A stretch of DNA of 64,000 nucleotides from Camelus ferus (lineage: Eukaryota): contig NC_045696.1 of the NCBI RefSeq assembly GCF_009834535.1, forward strand, positions 82,028,001-82,092,000, given 5' to 3'. The notes beneath the pieces were generated by a model. It worked only from the letters and a program-made list of their open reading frames with translations. It made no database searches and had not been told where the DNA came from. The translations under genes were made by a program, and so were the position numbers. Shown piece after piece: positions 49,801 through 59,676 of this stretch (positions within the stretch are counted from its first letter, which is position 1; each line of letters opens with the position of its first letter).

Positions 49801-52800
49801 TAAGATTTGGTGAGAGTTCATAATTGATTACTAATAAATGTTCCACAATTTAGAAAAGGGAGACAGATGGAGCTAATTATTTTACTGAGGTAAGTTTGGC
49901 ACACTGAAAGTTCTAGAATAGCTGTAGTTATGAGCTAAAGAGAAATTGTGATATGCAGTTTCCAAATGATCTATGAGCAAAATCTTCACGTCTTTGCTTT
50001 TATTCAATATTTTAGTTTGTTGTGCTTAGATTTTTTTATGCTGATGGTGCCAGATGTCTGTGACAGATGTTTATTTTTTTTATTCATTAACTTATTTTGC
50101 CTTTACATGGGAAATTTAGAAAAAAAGTATGTATAAATAAGCTTACCTATAAGGAATGAAAAGTATATTTTATAGTATTTTTTGATGGATTATTTTGGAG
50201 TCTATTTGTATTTGCCTCTTTTTATCCTTTACGATTTTTTCATTATTTTTTTAAAAATCAGAGTACTATGCATGATCAAACTTTGATTCCTTAAAAGGTA
50301 CTATAGTAGGTGTTTGAAAAACTTGTGGCAGCATTAATCTTAAGAGGGTGTTTCAGTAGTTTAAGAAAAAATGCTGATCTTTGGAAGAAAAGTAATATCT
50401 AGTAAAAGAATGCTACATAGATAGATTTTGAACTGGTTGATAAAAACACACTTGTCTAATTACCTCTGAATCAGCATCCCCACCACTCTGCCAAATTAAT
50501 CACTGCTTCAGCAGATGCCCCTCACTAGAAGGTTTTTTTTCTTTTTTTCTTTTTTCCTCCCCCCTCTGTAACCCCTAGGACATTTTTGTTTTTGGATCCC
50601 TTTCCCTGTATTGGACTTTATCATCATTAAAAAAACTTCCATGAACAGATACTAGCAGCTGTCATTGCTGCACTGTACAGCAATGAGCGACTGCTCTCCC
50701 TCCTGAGGATCCAGACATGAGGCAAGGACTCTCTTGGTGAAACAGGTTTCTAGATGCAGGGTTGTGAGCAAATAACTTTAAAATGTTGCATCCTTAGTAG
50801 CTGATTCAGATTACAGTTCTATAAATTATTTTTGATACAAAATTATCAGTAACTAAGATTTTGAAGTTTTTGAAAAGGCAAAAGGAAAGCTATTTTATTC
50901 TTAGCAGAGGCTTGGAAAGTTAGGGTTTTTTTGGTTTGTTTTTTTTTTAATTCTATGAAACAGGTTTCCAGATGCATGGTTGTGAGCAAGTAACTTTTTA
51001 AAATGTTGCATCCTTAGTAGCTGATTCAGATTACAGTTCTGTAAGTTATTTTTGATACAGAATTATCAGTAACAGTAAGATTTTGAAGTTTTTAAAAAGG
51101 CGAAAGGAAAGATATTTTATTCTTAGTAGAGGCTTGGAAAGTTAGGGATTTTTGGTTTTTTTTTTTTTTTTTTTTTAATTCTATCAGTGTTGTTAGATAC
51201 GCCTTTGTAGGTGAAACTTCATAGTCCTTTTTATCATACATGGTTTATGCTGGTTTTCAGAAATCTTGATCATTTTTATATTAATTTCAAATCATCAAAC
51301 TTTTTCAGTAGTTTTGATTAAAAACTATATACAATATAAGATACCACATAAAGTTTTTTTGTGAATGTTGGGATGTTTTTGTTTTAACATTTATTAGAAA
51401 TATTAATCATATATACAATATGTTATAATAACCAATAATGGAAAAGAATCTGAAAAGAATATATATAATACATATGTATAACTGAATCACCTTGCTGTAC
51501 ACCTGAAACTAACACAGTATTGTAAATCAACTATACTTCAGTTAAAAAAGAGGGGGAAAATATTAATCAGTTTGGATAAGTTATCTTAAAACCTCATAAC
51601 TATTTAAAGTTAAGTAATAAGCTTTGTACATAAAAAGGGAGGTGAACTGCTTTATGACTTTGTTTTTTTGTAACGTATCATCTTTCAAAAGTAATGGTTA
51701 AATAATGACAACAAATTAAAATACCTGTGTCAATTTCTACAAGTGGACTTTGAAAATTCAGTCTTAAGTTTAATAAAACAATTAAGAAATTTGATATTTT
51801 TAGTTATATAGTTCCTTCTCAGAGTGCTCTTAAGTCCATGTTTTCCTCTTAAGTATTGTCTTTACCATACTATAACAAAGTAGTTAAGTGAAAGATAAAA
51901 ACTTTCTTCTGTAAGAATAGAACAATATTAAAGAACTAAAAATAACATGTCAAATATTTAGGATGGGGTGTGTATGTATGTATTATTTCAAAGACAGATA
52001 TTTTCTGTTTAATTTATATTAGCTTAAAAATTTTATTAGATACTTGAGTAGATCGGAAGATTAAAGAAAAGATGTAATCACATACCTTTTTTATAGGTAC
52101 TCAAGATACTACATTCAAAATTTAATTTTTAATTCACATAAGTTTAATGAAGAAGAGCCTGGGATGAAGTCCTTTAGACAGTACATTCTCTTATATATTA
52201 TGTGTCATTTTGGAGATTACTTAACATGCTTGTGAAAAATATTAGTGTCTATTTTGATTTATGACAATTGGAAGTTAACAGAAACAGTAGTAAATTTCCA
52301 AAATAGTTATTTGAGTCTGTAAAATTAAAACATTTAAAAAAAATTGACAGATGTAAAAATATATCCTGATTTGATTTATCACCTTTTGGGAAACCTTAGT
52401 GATTTTTAGCCTAGATCCACAACTTGCTTTCAGTGAAATCATCAAGTATTATGAAAAACTTCATTTGAATGAATTTAAAGTTTTCCTTTCAATCAAATTG
52501 TCATTTTGTCTTGCTCTTCAATTTTAAAAACATTTAGAATTTATTTTTAACTAGAAACGCCTTATTAAATATATTTTAGGAACATTTTTAGGCAGTGTGG
52601 TTTGTTGTTGCAGGTTTATCAAGTAGAAGATGTATGTGAAGAAGAAATGCCAGAAGAATCAGATGAATGTGTACGGATGGACAGAACCCCACCACCACCC
52701 ACGTTGTCTCCAGCAGCTATAACTGTGGGGAGAGGAGAAGATTTGACTTCTGAGCATCCTTTGTTAGGTGAGGACATACCTAAATTTGGGGGAATTTTCT

Positions 52801-55800
52801 TATTAGATAAATGTTAGTAATGGGAAACTTTTTTTTTTCCTACTAGAGATGATATTAAGCTAATTTATTATGTAATTAATTGCAGCAAAACATAGATTAG
52901 AATTCAGAAAAATTTTTTTTGGTGAGGAACAGTTAAAACAATTGCTAAGGAACCACCCAAAGTAAAAACATACTTCAGTCTTTGAATTTTTAGTGATGTG
53001 TACAGATGTTTCATATGCCCATTCAGATTCATGTGTCAAGCTATTTCCAGCTTAAAAATTAGAACAAATCAAAGTTCTATCGAAGATTTCAATTATACTT
53101 TCTAAAAATCACAAAGCATTTGAAGTCATATCTGACATTCCTCCTAACTGCTTGTGATCCAGATTTAGTAAGTGCTTTTAAAAGTGTTCTTTCCCGGATG
53201 GTACTTAAATTAAGCCTCACTAATTCTTACTAGAGACATGGATTAAAAAATTCTTGAGCTTAAGCATTAATTCTTACTCACTACTTCAGAGCCTATGAGT
53301 TCAAGTAAATCCTCTCTATACTTCTTACAATATAAAAGTGACTGTGAATCCTAGGTATTTTATTAAAACATTATGACCTACAGCCACTGTTTAAGTCCTA
53401 AAAAAGATATATTCTGTGTTAGGTTTTTTTTTTTAAATTTATGAATATTTGATTTAGATCAGCAATTGGCAAATTATGGTTCATGCTTCAGTTCAGGTCT
53501 TTCCTGCTGCCTCTTTTTATATGGCCCATGAGCTAAGGATGGTTTTAAAATTTTCAATGGTGAAAAACAAAATCAAAAGTAGAGTATTGTTTCATGTCAT
53601 GTGAAAACTAGGTGAAATTCAAATTTCATTGTCCATAAAGTTCTATGCAGCAGCTACATTTGTTTGTTCTGCTATTATCTGTGGCTGCTTTTGCACTATT
53701 GCAGCAAAGATGAGTTGTTGCAGAGACCGTATGTCCTGTATGGAAAGTTCACTGACCCCTGATCCAGATAATACTAATCTTGATTCAGGCTTTGTTGTGA
53801 GAGTGTTCTGCTCTATTGAATATCTCATGATCACTTTCAGTTAAGAAGAACCACTGTACTAGGCATGGAAACAAACTGTAACGGGGCATTGACTTTGCTA
53901 CCAAAGCAACCGTTGTCCTTGCTTTTCTTCAGCATGCCACATCTTTAACCATTACTTCCCTTCTCTCCAGCTTTTATCCCTTACTGCCAGTGTCAATCTC
54001 TGCAAAGCATGGAAAGGAGAAAACCAATTTTCTTCCAACTTTTTCCCCCTCCTAAAAAATAGAAAACATTTTCTCAATAAAATTCTGTAAAATATTTAAG
54101 ACAAGTTTAATAGTACTGCCTTTGTTTATTCAAAATAATAATAAAACTGTAGTATTAAATTTTTGTTGTTTCTGTACACTGAAAATGGATTTATGTTGCT
54201 GCAGTTTTCCTGGAGTTTTGATTTAAAGGCAGCACTATATGTTTAAATGGATACTAACCTTGTATTATGACTATGATTTAATTACCTAATAAGCATTACT
54301 AATGGTACTCAAGAAAATTAAACATTTTTAAAATATTGAAACTCAAGAATAGCTTCACATTGCTTCTTCACAAATACAATCTGAGATCCTGGCAAGCATA
54401 TATCTCTGGCTAAATTGTCTAAGTACAATGTAGACTTTTGAATCTTCCTTAAATTTACTTCGTGCTTATTGTTACTACTTTTCTGTAGTATATGACGGGG
54501 GAAAGCAGGCACGGGTTGGTTTTTAGAATAACTCTCCTCAAATCATGTAATAAACTGACCTGCAAAAATAGAGGGACTTGTGTCCATTCAATATTCAGTC
54601 TTCATAAATCTATAAAAATTCTTCAAAAATTTAAAGCATCCATAAAAAGGGTAGAAAAATGGATCTTGCTCAGAAAGTGAGACTGCAAATAGGCAGAGTA
54701 ACCTGTAATGAAGTCGTATCAGTTAACTTGGGTTTTCTCTTACACAGTTGTCTTAAATCTAGAGAATGTAATAATTGTTTTCTTGTTCTGTATAATACAT
54801 CAGTGCTTTTTGTGTTTTTGAATTTAACAGCTGATTATAAACTCACAAGTAATAGTTAACTAGCATCTTCAAAAAGTCAGTAACTTACAACTCTACTTTC
54901 AACAAAACTTAGATCCATTTGTATATATGATCCAAAAATTAGTTAGAAATATACCAAGCAGTATTTTCTGAACAAACCAAATTATACTTAATGCAGCTTT
55001 ATATTTTTAAAATAACAAAGTATCTATAAATCTGTAAGGGAGATTAAAATATGTTCTTATTTTTCAGTTCTCCATAGATTTGTATTTTCCTTCCAACAGA
55101 AAAAAATGCTTCTCACTCCCTCTTTAGAATTTTACATCTTTTGTCCTTTTTTTTTTTCTAGGAGTATATGTGAAGATTGAGTATGTGGGATAGGTTTTTT
55201 GTGAAGTTCCTTGGTTTGGTAGTACATGTGTACAATTGTGTATTTGTTCCCAGAAATCAGTAAACTGCTGACTTTCTGTTTTAATTTTTAATGGGGGATT
55301 GTGTGACTTTAAACACGTCTTCCAGTACAGTTTATCCTGGAAATGACGTTAAGTTATGTCTGTAATATTGCTGTGATAAGCTACATAGTGGTGTTAGTCA
55401 CATCAGAGTTACTAAGTGTGAACTGTTAGCGTTTCCATTTCTGACACTACACTGATGATCACTATACTATTTTTTAGCTGAAATTTTAATTATTCAGGGA
55501 TTCCTTTTCTTTCTTCTCTACCTAACTGGGCTATATTTTGACCACCTTTGATTGTGATGTCAATCCTTTTCATACTGATGGTGGAGAGGAGTTACCATAG
55601 CAATTAAAAGCATTGGCTCTAGAACCTGACTGCCTAGGTTAGTATCCCAGCCCCACTGCTTATTAGCTGTGTGCCTTTTGGCAAGTTACTTTATCTTTTT
55701 GCGTCTTGGTTTTCACATCTATAAAATGGAAATAATAATAGTACTTAACCCATAGGCTAGTTTTGAGGATAAAATGAGTTACAGTGTATAAGGTATTTAC

Positions 55801-58800
55801 ACGTGGTATATTAAGTGCTCAGTAAGTAGTATGTATTCTCTTTACTGCATGCTCTTTATTTTTCTTAGACATCTGTACTCACTGATACTCCTAGCTATCA
55901 GCTGGTTGCATCTTTCCACTTTGGTACAGTTCTGTGAAGGTTCAGTGCTGCCGAATGGATAGGTAAAGTCTCCATCATAGGCTGCGGGTCTATCTCACTG
56001 TGGTCTTCAGAGTTTGAAGGGAAGGAATCACAGTGATCCCGCCCAACGTTGTGCTGTTGCCTGCTTCTGCAGTGTTCCCCAAAACTGACATATACAGTGT
56101 CACTGAAGGGTTGTAAAAAACAAACAAAAAACCCAACAAAGGACATTTATGCATGGATTTGAATTAGTCTTACTGCTTGAAATAAAGGTAGTGATCTGTA
56201 TGACTCATTAAAATCTCTACTCCATGGATTTCATGATCCATTTTTACTTAAGCGTATTTTCAATGTACTCCCCCCACACTACCATTTAGGATATATAAAC
56301 AGGAACCTAGGAAATTTAATATCTATATAGTTTAAAATTAAAAATGTTTAGTTTAGTGATTATTCTAAATTGACATTCTAGAACATTTTCATGTCTTATG
56401 GGACAGTTCATTTTAACCAAGTTGTAATGATAACTTTGACCAAGTTACCCCTTTCCTCTGTAAGTGGGGATGATAGTTTGTATCTTTTAAGGTTATTGTG
56501 GCAATTAAATGAGATAATAAATAGAAAGTTCTTAGAATGTTTTTTAAAGCACCAGATATTAACTATTATTGTTATTAATGTTTATTCTTGAATTTTCTTT
56601 TATATTTGCCTGAGCAGAATGCTTAAAAAAATTTTTTTTAATGACTTTTTTTTTTCCAGAGCAAGTTGAATTACCTGCTGTGGCATCAGTCAGTGCTTCA
56701 GTGATTAAATCTCCATCAGATCCTTCACATGTTTCTGTTCCTCCACCTCCGCTTTTACTTCCAGCTGCTACTACAAGGAATAATAGTACATCTATGCCCA
56801 GTAGCATACCCAATGTAGAAAACAAACCTCCACAGGCTATTGTTAAACCACAGATCTTGACCCATGTTATTGAAGGTTTTGTGATTCAGGAAGGATTGGA
56901 GCCATTTCCTGTAAGTAGCAAGCAAATCTGTACTTTTAAAATTATTCATGTAGCATTATTTTAAAATTTATAGTCTATTATTCTCTAATAAAAAGCTTGT
57001 AATTTTATTTCAAAAATTGTTACTTTTATCTAGAATTTCTTTCTATGTATTATTTATATATTTCCAAATATACTTCTAGAATCTTATGCTAGCTATTTAG
57101 AAGTATAAACTAGAGAAATTTTTCAGGATATAAGGCTATCAATTTTATAATTTTTAGAGAAAGGATGTTTATTCCTGTGCTACACAATACAATCTTGTTT
57201 ATCTATAGTCAGATTTTTTAAATGCTTCAAAATGCTCACTTCAAAATGGAGGTGCTGTATCTATCACTAAAACTCTAGAGATTAGCTGTACCTAATTATA
57301 TGCTAATATTTAAAGATGAACATTTTTCCTTAGAAAATAAATCAAGACAAGTGGCCAAAATCAAAGCCCAAATCAAAGACAAGACAACAAAATTATTTAT
57401 TTTGAAGGCCTTTGAATCATCTTATTTTTCAAATTCATGGCAGTGCATTGTGATTGTACTCTGATAGTTGATTGTCTAATCAGTTGCCTTTGTTTTCAGT
57501 TTACTGTGTATTAAACTTGAATCTCTTATAAGAATGTCTGATGTAGTAAAGTGGAGGAGCAGTCTTTTCTCCCTCCTCCTTAGTGGTTGGATCCTAGCTC
57601 TGCCATGTAGTGACTGTAACCTTTGTCAAGTCACTCAACCTTTTTGAAATTCATTTTGTTCATCCAGCAAATAGAGGTGTTACTTTGCTCTTAGGGTTGC
57701 TGTGAGGACTAAATGTACATGAATTGTTCTGTGTAATGCCTGGCACTTAACAGCCATAGCTATTATCACTTATTACTAGCAACAGTTACAACTTCTTTTT
57801 TCAGATTACAAAAGTAATATGTATTTTTTTTTAATGACAAATTTGGGAAACGTACAGAACAAATAATCCTCAGTAATACCACAGAGTGTATTTTAATACC
57901 TATATTTTCATGTGCTCAAGATTATTTCATATATATATAGTTCAGCTTCTTTCACTTAGTATATCTTGAGTATTTGTTTCTTCATTTGGTTAAATACTTT
58001 GGAAACATTTTGAAAGGTTATGTAACATTCCACTTTATGGACAACCATGATTATGTAATCCTTCTATTATGGTTGGTCCTCAGTATCCAAGGTTCTATAT
58101 CTGGGGCATCAGCCCAAATTTAGATTAAAAATTGAAAGAAAAAAATCTAGAAAGTTCCAAAAAAGCAAAACTTGAATTTGCTGTGCATAGACAACTATTT
58201 ACTTCACATTTAGATTGTATTCGTTATTATAAGTAATCTAGAGATCATTTAAAGTATATGAGAGAATGTGCATAGGTTATATGTAAAAAAAATACACCAC
58301 TTTGTGTAAAGGACTTGAGTGTCTCCGGATTTTTGTATTCTCTGGAGTCCTGGAACCAGTCTCCTGCAGATACTGAGGGACAACTATACTGTTGGACATT
58401 TAGGTTTTCATTTTTTCACTGTTTAAAGAGTCATGAGAGGAAAATCTTTGTATGTAAATTGTCCACATTTTAAATAATTTCTTAGGGTAAATTCCTAGAA
58501 GTACAGGTATTGGATCACATTATGTGTATATTCATAAGACTGATACATATTGCCAAATTATTGTCTAGAAAGATTATTTATTCACACACCAGAAGTGTAT
58601 ACCTGGCAGCACTGAATGTTTTTCAGCAATAATTTCCATAAATTTTGCTTGAAGCATATTACATATACTAGCTGAAATGAACAAAATTTAAAAGCTTATG
58701 GGTGATTATTCCCTAGAGTTACATGTAGAAATTTCCCAATAAGCTATTGTTTACCTTGTGTGGAAGATGTTGGAGACTTAACCAGCATTCTCAAATAGAA

Positions 58801-59676
58801 TAAAAGGTTCCATTTTTTCAGATTAGCTGAGGGTTCAGTAGTGAATCAGTTAATTTTTTTGGTCTAGATTAGTTTTGCTGAAAACATTTCTAAAATAAGT
58901 AGTTTTCATGACTTAACCAAGTATACTGAACATAAGTGAATATATTTTTGTTGTCTATTTTAATGTTAATGTTTGAGGATTTTTCCAGTTATTTTTGTGA
59001 TTATAATGCATTAGGTTGCTGAACTAAGAGTTAGGAGACTTGAGTTCTAGTCCTGATTCTGCTTTTGTAAAGAAATCACCTACATACTTTGAACATTAAT
59101 TCCCTTATCTTTAAAGTACGTATAATAATGATCTATCCTGAGGAGATAATCCTACAAATAAAAAGCTTTGTGCATGAACAATGAATTTTAAAAGTTGTTG
59201 TAGAAGAAATAAATTAAAAGTACTGGTTAATCAAAATTTATTACTGATTTTTAAAGACTTTTTAGACTACCTACCTAAACTAGGACCCTAGTTCCCATTT
59301 GACCGAGACTTTGAAGCAGCCATACTGCTGATGATCTGCAATATAAGGCATTTGTGTTCAGATTGCCTAACCTTTTCTCAAGGAATAAAGCACTTAATGA
59401 ATGGATGTGATAAATCGTACAAATAAATTGTCACAGGTACCATTCATTTCAATAGATTTTTTTAACTAAGTTATTTCTGAAAGTCTTTTAAAAGATTATT
59501 TTATTCTCTTTTAAAGGTGAGTCGTTCATCTTTGCTGATTGAACAACCTGTGAAAAAAAGGCCTATTTTGGATAATCAGGTGATAAATTCTGTGTGTGTT
59601 CAGCCGGAGCTACAGAATAATGCAAAGCATGCAGATAATTCGTCTGACACAGAGATGGAAGACATGATTGCTGAAG
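10527..59676 (+). CDS. PHC3: Polyhomeotic-like protein 3, spliced CDS of exons 1-11, 3'-partial: join(10527..10540,13028..13193,16433..16588,17700..17777,33066..33224,35325..35423,41380..41626,46993..47864,52614..52767,56660..56910,59517..59676)
   Basis: Hand-spliced exons all have GT-AG boundaries and compatible phases, and give one open frame [20 protein letters not shown]...EMEDMIAE that I recognise as mammalian PHC3. It includes the HD1 motif [27 protein letters not shown] and SAM exons were not found in the window. Confidence 0.97.
13028..13193 (+). CDS. PHC3: PHC3 exon 2 ([15 protein letters not shown]...SDRHAVQ); Ser/Thr-rich tract; second in-frame ATG at 13050
   Basis: Acceptor ctgctag|G, donor CAG|gtattt; 166 nt. 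Confidence 0.96.
13745..14195. mobile_element. Two MIR SINEs, tail to tail (+ then -)
   Basis: tagctgtgtagccctggg...tgagcctcag...aaaatggag on +; ctccattgtatagatgggaaaactga on -. Confidence 0.65.
15846..16000. mobile_element. MER33/MER3-like hAT element
   Basis: ctgttcaatacagtagctact...cattagccaccttgtaagtgctc...tagtggct. Confidence 0.65.
16433..16588 (+). CDS. PHC3: PHC3 exon 3 ([30 protein letters not shown]...LAAVQ)
   Basis: Acceptor atcacag|, donor CAG|gtgagg; 156 nt; conserved vertebrate polyhomeotic N-terminal motif. Confidence 0.97.
17700..17777 (+). CDS. PHC3: PHC3 exon 4 ([26 protein letters not shown])
   Basis: Acceptor ttattttag|, donor TCT|gtaagt; 78 nt. Confidence 0.95.
18456..18689 (+). 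mobile_element. 5'-truncated L1 3' end (cetartiodactyl type) with TSD
   Basis: ...ctttgctgtacacctgaaactaacacaacatt...; TSD aaatgaccaaattc / aaatgatcaaattc. Confidence 0.85.
18758..18952. mobile_element. MER20 hAT element
   Basis: cactatagacattatgggccagataattctt...cctgtgcatg...agcagcatccc. Confidence 0.75.
20390..22130. mobile_element. Old L1M fragments (3' region on +, about 20390-21020; another fragment on -, about 21030-22130)
   Basis: cactattggtgggaatataattagtacaacttttctggaggg L1 3' signature, followed by a T-rich antisense L1-like segment. Confidence 0.6.
22765..23670 (-). mobile_element. LINE-2 fragment
   Basis: ttcattcacacattcactcatttattcagtaggtatttactgaac start; L2 body follows. Confidence 0.75.
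23961..24325 (+). mobile_element. MLT1A-type MaLR solo LTR
   Basis: tgctatgcactgaattg... start; 365 bp; perfect 5-bp TSD GATGG. Confidence 0.88.
28828..28861. repeat. (TA)n microsatellite
   Basis: About 17 TA units. Confidence 0.97.
30300..31480 (-). mobile_element. LINE-2 fragment containing (TG)n at 30964-30983 and a 40-bp tandem duplication
   Basis: cattcattaacttaataaacttattgaatg start; purine-rich L2 body. Confidence 0.6.
31247..31324. repeat. About 40-bp tandem duplication
   Basis: aattgaagaattgaagaagagaagtgtgaaggacaaat vs aattgaagaattgaagaagaaaagtgttaaggacaaat. Confidence 0.92.
33066..33224 (+). CDS. PHC3: PHC3 exon 5 ([15 protein letters not shown]...[10 protein letters not shown])
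   Basis: Acceptor ttttcttccttag|, donor ATG|gtaaga; 159 nt. Confidence 0.96.
33958..34027. repeat. (TACATA)n/(TATATT)n simple repeat
   Basis: Seen directly. Confidence 0.9.
35325..35423 (+). CDS. PHC3: PHC3 exon 6 ([19 protein letters not shown]...AATQ)
   Basis: Acceptor ttctgtctgtacag|, donor CAG|gtgagc; 99 nt. Confidence 0.95.
35870..37000 (+). mobile_element. L1MB/MC-type fragment (ORF2 3' end and 3' UTR)
   Basis: tctgacaaagggcttgtatccag, aaaatgggcaaaagacttgaac, gacccagcagttccact; ends ...cctcagtaaagc. Confidence 0.85.
39261..39345 (+). mobile_element. Second tRNA-Ala-derived SINE (Vic-1 type), short and more diverged
   Basis: gggtatagctcagtggaagaatgcatgcctagcatgcaggaggtcctgg...ccattaaaaac; flanking ttatactgtttt / ttatgctgtttt. 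Confidence 0.85.
41380..41626 (+). CDS. PHC3: PHC3 exon 7 ([20 protein letters not shown]...IHQLIAP)
   Basis: Acceptor ggttcttag|, donor CAG|gtggga; 247 nt; overlaps ORF 41410..41709. Confidence 0.96.
44361..44760 (-). mobile_element. MLT1-type MaLR solo LTR
   Basis: tgattagtctgcttaggctgccata...tctcacagttctggagg...gggcttcaacatatgaat. Confidence 0.85.
46993..47864 (+). CDS. PHC3: PHC3 exon 8, large Gln/Pro/Ser/His-rich low-complexity exon
   Basis: Acceptor tttctctcacag|, donor GTG|gtaagc; 872 nt; core of ORF 46971..47945. Confidence 0.97.
50738..51183. repeat. Tandem duplication of about 220 bp (50738-50955 and 50956-51183)
   Basis: Two adjacent copies; about 11 substitutions plus small indels by manual comparison. 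Confidence 0.97.
51410..51557 (+). mobile_element. Short L1 3' end with 12-bp TSD
   Basis: cttgctgtacacctgaaactaacacagtattgtaaatcaactatac; TSD aaatattaatca. Confidence 0.85.
52614..52767 (+). CDS. PHC3: PHC3 exon 9 ([16 protein letters not shown]...EHPLL)
   Basis: Acceptor ttgttgcag|, donor TAG|gtgagg; 154 nt. Confidence 0.96.
53460..53761. mobile_element. MER58-family hAT-Charlie element
   Basis: cagcaattggcaaattatgg...gcccatgagctaagg...ctgacccctg. Confidence 0.7.
55590..55830 (+). mobile_element. MIR SINE
   Basis: tagctgtgtgccttttggcaagttact...catctataaaatggaaataataatagtac core. Confidence 0.8.
56660..56910 (+). CDS. PHC3: PHC3 exon 10, containing homology domain 1 (HD1)
   Basis: Acceptor ttttttccag|, donor CCT|gtaagt; 251 nt; encodes [29 protein letters not shown]. 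Confidence 0.97.
58069..58386. mobile_element. MER2-like TcMar-Tigger element
   Basis: gtcctcagtatc...tataagtaatctagagatcatttaaagtata...gatactgagggacaac; degenerate TIRs. Confidence 0.8.
59517..59676 (+). CDS. PHC3: PHC3 exon 11 ([16 protein letters not shown]...MEDMIAE)
   Basis: Acceptor ttctcttttaaag|, donor AAG|gtttgt; 160 nt. Confidence 0.95.
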
